16,597 nucleotides of DNA from Candidatus Eiseniibacteriota bacterium. GTDB lineage: Bacteria; Eisenbacteria; RBG-16-71-46; CAZEPH01. The DNA lies in NCBI GenBank assembly GCA_044229145.1, contig JBGATO010000078.1, positions 1 to 16,597 of the forward strand, in the 5' to 3' direction. Shown piece after piece: positions 1-7,570 of this stretch. The notes under the pieces are model-generated. The model ran no database searches. It saw only the letters and a program-made list of their open reading frames with translations, and was not told the DNA's origin. The position numbers were made by a program, and so were the translations under genes. Numbering within the stretch: position 1 is the stretch's first letter; every line of letters begins with the position of its first letter.

Positions 1-2
1 GT

Positions 3-1220
3 ATGTCCGAGCCGTCCACCGTCTTCGCGCCCTCGCGGCGCCTGCGCGGCATCCCCACCTATGCCCTGGCGCGCGTCACCGCCGCCCGCGACGCCGCCGT
101 GCGCGCCGGTCTCGACGTCATCGACCTCGGCGTCGGCAATCCCGACATGCGGCCGGCGCCGCACGTCATCGACGCCCTGCACCGCGCCCTCGACGACACC
201 ACGCAGGAGAACCACCGCTATCCGGCCATGGGCGGACTGCCGGCGTTTCGCGAGGCGATCGCCGCGTGGTACGCGCGCCGCTTCGGCGTGAGGCTCGATC
301 CGGCGCGCGAGGTGCTGCCACTGATCGGATCGAAGGAGGGCATCGCCCACTTCCTGCTCGCCCATCTCGATCCGGGCGACACGGTGCTGTTGCAGTCGCC
401 GTGCTATCCGGCGTACCTCGGCGCGGGCGGGCTGTTCGAACTCGACGTCGTGCAGGTGCGCGCGGATCACGTGAGCGGGCGGCTCGATCTCGACGCGATT
501 CCCGAGGACGTGCGGCGGCGCGCCAAATTGCTGCTGCTCAACTACCCGAACAATCCCACCGGGGCCACCGAGTCCGCGGAACTCTACGACGAACTGCTCG
601 CGTTCGCGGCGCGTTACGATCTCGGCGTGGTGAGCGACATCGCCTACTGCGATCTGCCGATGGATCCGGCGTACACGGGCCGCAGCTTCCTGCAGCACGA
701 CACCGCGCACACGCGCACCGTCGAATTCCACTCGTTCTCGAAGACGCATTCGATGCCGGGCTGGCGCGTCGCCTTCGCCACCGGCAACGCCGACGCGCTC
801 GCGCAGTTGCTCAAGGTCAAGACGAACTGCGATTTCTCCCTATTCACCGCGCTCCAGCGCGCGGCGATCGCGGCGCTCGAGTCGCCGCCGTCGGTGGTGG
901 CGGATCTCGCGGCTGTCTATCGCGCGCGGCAGACCGCATTCTGTGACGCCATCGAGACACTCGGTTGGAACGTGCCGCGGCCGCGCGCCGGGATGTACGT
1001 GTGGATGCCGGTGCCGGACGACTACACCTCGTGCGAGACGTTTGCCGCCGATCTCATCGAGCGCTGCGGCATCGTCGTCGCGCCGGGCACCGGCTTCGGC
1101 GCCTACGGCGAAGGGTTCATCCGCGTGTCTCTCACCGTGCCCGAGGCGCGGCTGCGCGAGGCGGTGCGGCGGATGGCGGACGCCGGCATCACCGCGCGTC
1201 ACGGCGGAGCGGCGCGCTGA
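3..1220 (+). CDS. PLP-dependent class I/II aminotransferase (DapL/AlaC/MtnE-like; possibly LL-diaminopimelate aminotransferase)
   Basis: 405 aa with DLGVGNPD, HRYP, GSKEG, NYPNNPTG, SDIAY, the PLP-lysine motif SFSKTHSMPGWR, and PGTGFGAYGEGFIRVSL. Exact substrate cannot be assigned by eye. The start is at the window edge, so no RBS is visible. Confidence 0.88.
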   Translation: MSEPSTVFAPSRRLRGIPTYALARVTAARDAAVRAGLDVIDLGVGNPDMRPAPHVIDALHRALDDTTQENHRYPAMGGLPAFREAIAAWYARRFGVRLDPAREVLPLIGSKEGIAHFLLAHLDPGDTVLLQSPCYPAYLGAGGLFELDVVQVRADHVSGRLDLDAIPEDVRRRAKLLLLNYPNNPTGATESAELYDELLAFAARYDLGVVSDIAYCDLPMDPAYTGRSFLQHDTAHTRTVEFHSFSKTHSMPGWRVAFATGNADALAQLLKVKTNCDFSLFTALQRAAIAALESPPSVVADLAAVYRARQTAFCDAIETLGWNVPRPRAGMYVWMPVPDDYTSCETFAADLIERCGIVVAPGTGFGAYGEGFIRVSLTVPEARLREAVRRMADAGITARHGGAAR

Positions 1221-2404
1221 TGCGGCTGCTGGTGTTGTCCGAAACCTTCCCGCCGCCCGTCGAGGGTGGCTCGGAGATCTATATTTCGCAGCTGGCCGCG
1301 CGTGTCGCGCCGCACGCGACCCGCGTCATCGCGCCGGTCAATCCGCGTGCCGCCGAATACGATCCGCACGCGCCGTTCGAAATCGTGCGGCCGTCGTGGT
1401 ATCTGCCGACGTGGTTCTTCCCGTTCCCGAAGTTCGCGCTGCACCTGATGCGGCTCACCGCCGAGGTGACACGGCAAGCGCGCGACTTCGGCGCGACAGC
1501 GATCCTGGCGAGTCCATCCTTCCCCAACGCGGTGGTCGGCTGGCAGGCGGCGACGCGGCTTGGCCTGCCGTGGGCGACGATCGTCTACGGCGAGGAGGCG
1601 TTCCAAGTCCATCGCGGCAAAGGCCTGTTCTCACCGGCGCGCCGCGTGCTGTTGCGCGAACCGCTCAAGCACGCGCCGCATGTCTTCACCATCAGCGCGT
1701 TCTCCCGCGCCGAAGCGATCCAATGCGGCGCGCGGCCCGAGGCGATCGAGATGGTCTACCCCGGCGTCGATCCCACCGAGTTCCATCCCGGGCTCGACGG
1801 ACGCGCGATTCGCGAGAAGCATGGGCTCGGCACGCGGCCGATGCTGCTCTCGTGCGGCCGCCTCTATCACCGCAAGGGCCAGGATGCGCTGCTGCGCGCG
1901 GTGCCGGCGTTGATGCGCGAGGTGCCGGATGTCTGCGTCGTGTTGGTCGGCGAGGGCATGAACCGCCAGGTGCTCGGCGATCTCGCGCGCGAACTCGGCA
2001 TCGCCGATCGCGTCGTGTTCGCCGGCAGCGTGCCGCGTGCCGAGCTGCCGCTCTACTACGCTGCGTGCGATGTCTTCGTCATGACCTACCGCCAGAAGAC
2101 GCTTGGCGAGACGCTCGACTCCGAGGGCTTCGGCATGGTGCTCGTCGAGGCGAACGCATGCGGCAAGCCGTCGGTGGCGCACCACGTCGGCGGCGTGTCG
2201 GACGCCATCGTCGACGGCGTCACCGGCTTCCTCATCGAAGAAGGCGACGAACCCTCGCTGGTGCAGACGCTGTCTCGCTTGCTGCGCGATCCCGCATTGC
2301 GCGCGACGATCGGCGCCGCCGGCCGCGCGCGCGTCGAACGCGAACTCACGTGGGAAGCCGCCGCCGCGCACGTGCACCGCGTGCTCGAGGAGGCGCACCG
2401 GTGA
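1220..2404 (+). CDS. Glycosyltransferase family 4 (GT-B fold, PimA/PimB-like)
   Basis: ATG at 1220 overlaps the upstream stop (TGATG). 394 aa with N-terminal FPPPVEGGSEIY, GRLYHRKGQD and the EX7E motif EGFGMVLVEANACGKP, then GGVSDAIVDGVTG. Confidence 0.9.
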   Translation: MRLLVLSETFPPPVEGGSEIYISQLAARVAPHATRVIAPVNPRAAEYDPHAPFEIVRPSWYLPTWFFPFPKFALHLMRLTAEVTRQARDFGATAILASPSFPNAVVGWQAATRLGLPWATIVYGEEAFQVHRGKGLFSPARRVLLREPLKHAPHVFTISAFSRAEAIQCGARPEAIEMVYPGVDPTEFHPGLDGRAIREKHGLGTRPMLLSCGRLYHRKGQDALLRAVPALMREVPDVCVVLVGEGMNRQVLGDLARELGIADRVVFAGSVPRAELPLYYAACDVFVMTYRQKTLGETLDSEGFGMVLVEANACGKPSVAHHVGGVSDAIVDGVTGFLIEEGDEPSLVQTLSRLLRDPALRATIGAAGRARVERELTWEAAAAHVHRVLEEAHR

Positions 2405-3089
2405 AGACCTTCCCGCACGATCCGCTCACACAGCTCGCCGACAATCTGTGGCTGGTGCGCGCGGCGACCTCGATGGGCACGCTCGACCGCAAGATGTGCG
2501 TGATCCGTGGCGACGACGGCGGGCTGCTGCTGCACGACCAACTGTGGCTCGACGACGCGAGTTTCGCGGCGCTCGACGCGCTCGGTCCGGTGCGCACGCT
2601 GTACGTGCCATGCTGGCTGCACGACTTCGATGGCGACGCGTTCGCGGCGCGGTATCCTGCGGCGGACTTGGTGGGATTCGCGGGCACGGTGCGACGGCTG
2701 CGGTGGCCGCGGCTGCGCGAGATCGACAGGTCGTCACTGCCATCCTGCGCGACGATCACGCCGCTCCCCGGCCTCAAGGCCCACGAAGCGGTGTGCGAAG
2801 TGCGCCACGCCGACGGCACCGTCACGCAGATCTACAACGACGCGCTGTTCCACATCCCGCACGGCACCGGCCTGCCGGGCGCGATCGTGCGGATGATGGG
2901 ATCGAGCGGCCACTTCCACATGTCGCCATTCGGCAAGATGATGTTGCTGCGTGACAAGGCGGCGTTTCGCGCGTGGTTGGAGGCGCAGGCGGCGCGTCCG
3001 GAGGTGCGGCGCGTCATCATGGCGCACGGCGCGCCGTCGAGGGCGATGGAGTAGCGCCGGCGCTGCGTGAAGCGGCGCGCCGGCTCTAG
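2401..3089 (+). CDS. DUF4336-like protein (metallo-beta-lactamase-like fold) with a probable 1-bp frameshift near 3030-3036; as written it stops at 3054
   Basis: GTG at 2401 overlaps the GT4 stop (GTGA). Motifs resemble DUF4336 proteins: LTQLADNLWLV, RKMCVIR..DGGLLLH, LDALGPVRTLYVPCWLHD, RRVIMAHG. The -1 frame from 3036 reads VEGDGVAPALREAARRL* and ends at 3089. Confidence 0.7.
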
Positions 3090-4432
3090 GGCGCGGGGCG
3101 GCGCGCCGCTTTCGCCACCTGCGCGGGCAGCGGCACCACCGACAACTTCGGCGCCTCGCGCCGCGCCGCCGCCTCCGCGCACGGCCCCAGTCGCACCACG
3201 CACGTCGACTCGAAGTCGAGCAGGCGTTCTGCCGCGCGTCGCACGTCGGCGGCCGTCACCGCCTCGATCATCGCCACCTGCTCCTCGGCGCTCATGAAGC
3301 GGCCGTGGTACATCTGCGAGTGCGCGAGGTGCTCCATGCGGTCGCTCGTGCTCTCGAGCGCGAGCCAAATGCCGGCGACGATCTGCGCCTTCGCCGCCGC
3401 GATCTCCTCCTCCCCCGCGCCATCGCGGCGGAGTCGCGCGTATTCGTCGCGCACCATGTCGAGCGCCTCGTCGGCGCCATCCTCGCGCACCGCAAGTGAC
3501 GTGGCGAAGATGCCGGCGTCGTCGCAACCGTCGGCGTAGGTGTAGACCGAATACGCGAGCCCGGCTTCCTCGCGGATCGCCTGGAACAACCGCGACGACG
3601 CGCCGCCGCCCAGCACATTGGCGAGCACCAGCGCGGCGGGCCGCATCGGATCGTTGACCGCGACGCCGCGCGCGCCGACGCAGACGTAGCACTGCGCGAG
3701 GTCGCGATCCTCGCGCCAGCGCCGCACCTCCGGTGGCGGCAGCGGCCGCAACTCGCGGCGCGACGCCGCGCCACTCGGCGGCCGTAATCCGGCCTCGAGC
3801 CGCGCCAGGACCGCGTCGCGATCAAAGCGGCCGGCGACCGTCACCAGCAGACGCTCGGCGGTGTAGCGCTCGGCCCAGTACGCGCGAATCGTCTCCGGCG
3901 TCAGCGCGGCGATGCTGTCGCGCGTGCCCAACACGGGCCATCCGAGCGGGTGATGCGGATACAGTGCGTCGGCGAGCAAGTCGTGAATCAAGTCCTCCGG
4001 CGCGTCCTCGATGCCGGCGATCTCCTCGTACACCACCTGCTTCTCGCGTTCGACGTGCACCGGGTCGAGCAGCGGGTTCGACACCATGTCGCAGAGGACG
4101 TCGACGGCGGAGAGCAAATCGGTGTCGAGCGTGCGGGCGTAGAAGCACGTGCACTCGCGGCCGGTGAAGGCGTCGAGATGACCGCCGGCGCGCTCGACGG
4201 CGTACGAGATGTCGTAGGCGCTGCGCGTCGTCGTGCCCTTGAACAGCAGGTGTTCGAGGAAGTGGCTGACGCCGCTTTCGCCAGGATTCTCGTCGCGCGA
4301 CCCCGTGCGCACCCACACGCCGACGGCGGCGGAGCGAACCCAGGGGATGTCCTCGAACAGGACTTGGACACCGTTGGCGAGATAGGCGTGCGATACGTGC
4401 GAATGGGGCGTCGTGGGGAGTGACTCACACAT
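3086..4432 (-). CDS. M16 (pitrilysin/MPP-like, M16B) zinc peptidase
   Basis: 448 aa with LANGVQV, GSRDE, the inverted zincin motif HFLEHLLFKGT, and LGGGASSRLFQAIREEAGLAYSVY. Typical position downstream of pnp. GGAG lies 10 nt upstream of the ATG. Confidence 0.93.
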   Translation of the reverse strand: MCESLPTTPHSHVSHAYLANGVQVLFEDIPWVRSAAVGVWVRTGSRDENPGESGVSHFLEHLLFKGTTTRSAYDISYAVERAGGHLDAFTGRECTCFYARTLDTDLLSAVDVLCDMVSNPLLDPVHVEREKQVVYEEIAGIEDAPEDLIHDLLADALYPHHPLGWPVLGTRDSIAALTPETIRAYWAERYTAERLLVTVAGRFDRDAVLARLEAGLRPPSGAASRRELRPLPPPEVRRWREDRDLAQCYVCVGARGVAVNDPMRPAALVLANVLGGGASSRLFQAIREEAGLAYSVYTYADGCDDAGIFATSLAVREDGADEALDMVRDEYARLRRDGAGEEEIAAAKAQIVAGIWLALESTSDRMEHLAHSQMYHGRFMSAEEQVAMIEAVTAADVRRAAERLLDFESTCVVRLGPCAEAAARREAPKLSVVPLPAQVAKAARRPAP

Positions 4433-4509
4433 CGGCGGACGGCTCCGTGCGAGGATATGGGGGCTGAGGGGTCTCGTCGCCGAGCCGGCCGGCTCTCGGC
4501 AAGAGAATC

Positions 4510-4539
4510 AGTATAACCTGCGTGTCACGGATTCGTCAT
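4510..4539 (-). promoter_or_regulatory. Candidate sigma70-type promoter for the M16 peptidase gene
   Basis: Minus strand reads ATGACG (4539-4534), 18 nt spacer, TATACT (4515-4510). It lies in an AT-richer patch downstream of the pnp hairpin. Confidence 0.55.
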
Positions 4540-4595
4540 GCTGAACCGTGCCGGTGCTCAGCCATGCCGTGGGATGTAACGTGCGGCACCACGCG

Positions 4596-4628
4596 AAACG
4601 CGCCCCGCCCGAGAAGGGCGGAGCGCGT
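4596..4628 (-). terminator. Hairpin after pnp (probable intrinsic terminator with weak U-tract)
   Basis: Minus strand ACGCGCTCCGCCC-TTCTC-GGGCGGGGCGCGT forms a 13-bp stem with one G-U pair, followed by TTCG. It starts about 26 nt after the pnp stop. Confidence 0.6.
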
Positions 4629-4654
4629 CCGTGTACGACAACGGCGAGATGCGA

Positions 4655-6769
4655 CTAGCGGCGTGCCTTGGCGGCCGCGGCCTCCTCCGGATCCATCGCC
4701 TGCTTGCGCGAGAGACGGATCTTGCCGTCCTTGTCGACGCCGATGACCTTCACGGTCACGATGTCGCCCTCGTGGACGACATCCTCGACCTGGGCCACGC
4801 GGTGGAAGTCGAGCTCCGAGATGTGCACCAGGCCGTCGCGGCCCGGCGCGATCTCGACGAACGCACCGAAGCCGGCGATCCGCTTGACCTTGCCACGGTA
4901 GATCTGGCCGATCTCCGGGTCCTCGACCAAGCCACGGATGATCTCGATCGCGCGCATCCCGCCATCCGCGTCGCGGCTGGCGATGCGCACTTCGCCGGTG
5001 TCCTCGATGTTGATCTCGGTGCCGGTGTCCTCGGTGATCTTGCGAATGACCTTGCCGCCCGGGCCGATGACGTCCCGGATCTTCTCGGGATCGATCTGCA
5101 GGATGATGATCCGCGGCGCGTACGGGCTGAGGTCCTGCCGCGGCGCGGTGAGCGCCTCGGCCATCTTGCCGAGGATGAACATGCGGCCTTCACGGGCCTG
5201 CGCCAGGGCTTCCTCGATCTTCGCGAAGTCGATGCCCTGGATCTTCATGTCCATCTGCAGCGCGGTGACGCCCTCGCGGGTGCCACAGACCTTGAAGTCC
5301 ATGTCGCCGAGGTGGTCTTCCACGCCCTGGATGTCGCTCAAGATCGCGTGACGCTGGCCGTCGGTGATGAGGCCCATCGCGATACCGGCGACCGGCGCCT
5401 TGATCGGCACACCGGCGTCCATGAGCGAGAGCGTGCCACCGCACACCGACGCCATCGACGACGAGCCGTTCGACTCCATGATCTCCGACACGATGCGAAT
5501 GGTGTACGGGAACACGTCGTCCGACGGGATCACCGGCTGGATGGCGCGCTCGGCGAGCGCCCCGTGACCGATCTCGCGGCGGCCCGGCGAGCCGATGCGG
5601 CGCACCTCACCCACCGAGTACGACGGGAAGTTGTAGTGCAGCATGTACGACTTCCACGACGTGCCCTCGAGTTCCTCGACGCGCTGCTCGTCGGTCGCGG
5701 TGCCGAGCGTCGCGACGACCAGCGCCTGCGTCTGGCCACGCGTGAACACGGCGGACCCGTGCGTACGCGGCAGCACACTGACCTCGCAGTCGATCGGACG
5801 GATCTCGGTCTTCGAGCGGCCGTCCGGACGCGCGCCCTTGTCGAGGATGCCGAGGCGCACCGCCTTGGCTTCGAGCTTCTCGACGATCGCGTGCACGTCG
5901 GCGGCGATCTTCTTGGCATCGTCGCCCACCGCGAACTTCTCGAGCGCGGCGGTCATCACGGCGTCCACCGCTGCCTGGCGCGCTTCCTTGCCCGGCACCG
6001 AGTTGGCCTCGAACATCTGGGCCTCGAACGCGGCGACCACCGCGGCTTCGGTGTCAGCGTTCACGGTCTTGAGCGTGACGTCGCGCTTCGGCTTGCCGAC
6101 CTTCGCCGCCAAGTCGATCTGCATCTGGTTCAGCTGCTGGATGTACGGCCACGCGAAGCGGAACGCCTCGACGATGGTGTGCTCCGGCACCTCGCGCGCG
6201 CCACCTTCGACCATGATGATCGACTCGGTGGTGCCGGCGAGGACGATGTCCATCTCCGACTCATCGAGCTGCTCGTAGGTCGGGTTGATGATGAACTCGC
6301 CGTTGACCTGGCCGATGCGCACACCCGACACCGGGCCGGCGAACGGAATGTCCGAGATCATGAGCGAGGCGCTGGCGCCGGTGAGCGCCATGACGTCCGG
6401 ATCGTTGTCGCTGTCGGCGCTGAGGCACACGGCCTGCACCTGAACCTCGTTGCGGAAGCCCTTCGGGAACAGCGGGCGGATCGGACGGTCGGTGAGCCGG
6501 CAGGTGAGGATTTCCTTCTCGGTCGGCCGGCCTTCCCGCTTGAAGAAGCCGCCCGGGATGCGCCCGGCGGCGTAGGTCTTCTCGCGGTAGTCGACGGTGA
6601 GCGGGAAGAAGTCGCGGTCCTCGAGGGCCGCCTTCGAGGCGACCGAGGCGACGAACACCACGGTGTCGCCGTACTGCATCCAGACGGAGCCGTGCGCTTG
6701 CTTGGCGATCCGTCCGGTCTCGATCGAATACTGGCGACCTCCGAGGTCGCAGGAAACTGTGTGCTTCAT
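4655..6769 (-). CDS. pnp: Polyribonucleotide nucleotidyltransferase (PNPase)
   Basis: DFFPLTVDYREKTYAAGRIPGGFFKREGRP, RTHGSAVFTRGQTQ, RREIGHGALAERA, SNGSSSMASVCG, EDHLGDMDFKV, then KH and S1 domains. Start is ATG 6769 or the adjacent TTG 6772; GGAG at 6779-6782. Confidence 0.98.
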   Translation of the reverse strand: MKHTVSCDLGGRQYSIETGRIAKQAHGSVWMQYGDTVVFVASVASKAALEDRDFFPLTVDYREKTYAAGRIPGGFFKREGRPTEKEILTCRLTDRPIRPLFPKGFRNEVQVQAVCLSADSDNDPDVMALTGASASLMISDIPFAGPVSGVRIGQVNGEFIINPTYEQLDESEMDIVLAGTTESIIMVEGGAREVPEHTIVEAFRFAWPYIQQLNQMQIDLAAKVGKPKRDVTLKTVNADTEAAVVAAFEAQMFEANSVPGKEARQAAVDAVMTAALEKFAVGDDAKKIAADVHAIVEKLEAKAVRLGILDKGARPDGRSKTEIRPIDCEVSVLPRTHGSAVFTRGQTQALVVATLGTATDEQRVEELEGTSWKSYMLHYNFPSYSVGEVRRIGSPGRREIGHGALAERAIQPVIPSDDVFPYTIRIVSEIMESNGSSSMASVCGGTLSLMDAGVPIKAPVAGIAMGLITDGQRHAILSDIQGVEDHLGDMDFKVCGTREGVTALQMDMKIQGIDFAKIEEALAQAREGRMFILGKMAEALTAPRQDLSPYAPRIIILQIDPEKIRDVIGPGGKVIRKITEDTGTEINIEDTGEVRIASRDADGGMRAIEIIRGLVEDPEIGQIYRGKVKRIAGFGAFVEIAPGRDGLVHISELDFHRVAQVEDVVHEGDIVTVKVIGVDKDGKIRLSRKQAMDPEEAAAAKARR

Positions 6770-6953
6770 CAATGGATTCTCCGTGCTACTTCATGCCTGA
6801 GGGCGGTGGGCCGGCGAAAGGGCGGACGCCAAGGTCGCCGCAGGGCGACGGCGGAAGGAAAGCTCGGACTGCGCGACTTCGAGTGCGACGAGCGCGTTGG
6901 GGGGCGCTACGCGGAAAACACTGCGGGACGGCAACGCAACCGGGATTCCCTTC

Positions 6954-7000
6954 CACGGAAACGCCGCCACTTCTTTAGCGAAGCGGCGGCGTATCCCGTG
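6954..7000 (-). terminator. Long stem-loop immediately after rpsO (terminator/attenuator or processing site between rpsO and pnp)
   Basis: Minus strand CACGG-GAT-ACGCCGCCGCTTC-GCTAAA-GAAGTGGCGGCGT-TT-CCGTG, starting 8 nt after the rpsO stop. Confidence 0.6.
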
Positions 7001-7007
7001 ACGACCG

Positions 7008-7277
7008 TTACTTCCGCAGACCGAGCTCCTTGACGAGCGAGCGGTAGCGGTCCACTTTCCTCGACTTGAGGTAGTCAAGGAGCCGCCGACGCTGCCCAAC
7101 CATCTTGAGCAACCCGCGGCGCGAGTGGTGGTCCTTCTTGTGGACCTTGAAGTGGTCGGTCAGCTCACGGATGCGTTCGGTCAACAGGGCAATCTGCACC
7201 TCGGCAGATCCCGAGTCGCCCTCGTGAAGCTGGAACTGGTCGATGACTTTCTTCTTCGTTTCCTTACTCAGCGGCAC
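7008..7277 (-). CDS. rpsO: 30S ribosomal protein S15
   Basis: 89 aa with [16 protein letters not shown] and [28 protein letters not shown] start preceded by AAGGAGGTGATC. Confidence 0.99.
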   Translation of the reverse strand: MPLSKETKKKVIDQFQLHEGDSGSAEVQIALLTERIRELTDHFKVHKKDHHSRRGLLKMVGQRRRLLDYLKSRKVDRYRSLVKELGLRK

Positions 7278-7318
7278 GCCTGATCACCTCCTTCTTTGTT
7301 CCATTCATCGGAGGCGGC

Positions 7319-7348
7319 ATCCTACCAAACGGCGCGGGGCCGCCTCAA
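7319..7348 (-). promoter_or_regulatory. Candidate sigma70-type promoter of rpsO-pnp
   Basis: Minus strand TTGAGG (7348-7343), 18 nt spacer ending in TGG, then TAGGAT (7324-7319), i.e. an extended -10. Confidence 0.55.
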
Positions 7349-7570
7349 CCCTCTATTTTGCGCCAGGGCACTCATCTGGCCCCCTCGGGGGGCGGGCGCG
7401 AGCCCCCGGAGGAATCGGCCATTTCCGGCCGGAACGCCAGGTCCACCACCCGTTTTCGATCTATGGCAACCTCTACCATAGCGGGAACATCCTACCCACG
7501 GCCCGCCCGGCGCCGTATTCTCTGCGCCTCCCCGTCGTCCCGGATGTCCTCAGTCAGGAAGGAAAGCCGC

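Noticed and set aside
6808..6860. GCGAAAG...GGACGCCAAG resembling a c-di-GMP-I riboswitch core
   Set aside because: It is on the strand opposite to pnp, the stem around GAAA does not pair, and the upstream GCAAA element is missing.
4631..7033. 800-aa plus-strand ORF
   Set aside because: It is the antisense shadow of pnp. Stop-free reverse frames are expected with strong GC3 bias, and it has no recognisable motifs.
7282..7297. Match to the 16S rRNA 3' end suggesting an rRNA fragment
   Set aside because: Only 12 nt long and explained as the Shine-Dalgarno sequence of rpsO on the opposite strand.
7431..7454. GGAAC-N15-CGTT as an ECF-sigma promoter for the M13 gene
   Set aside because: The spacing is short for typical ECF promoters and there is no other support.
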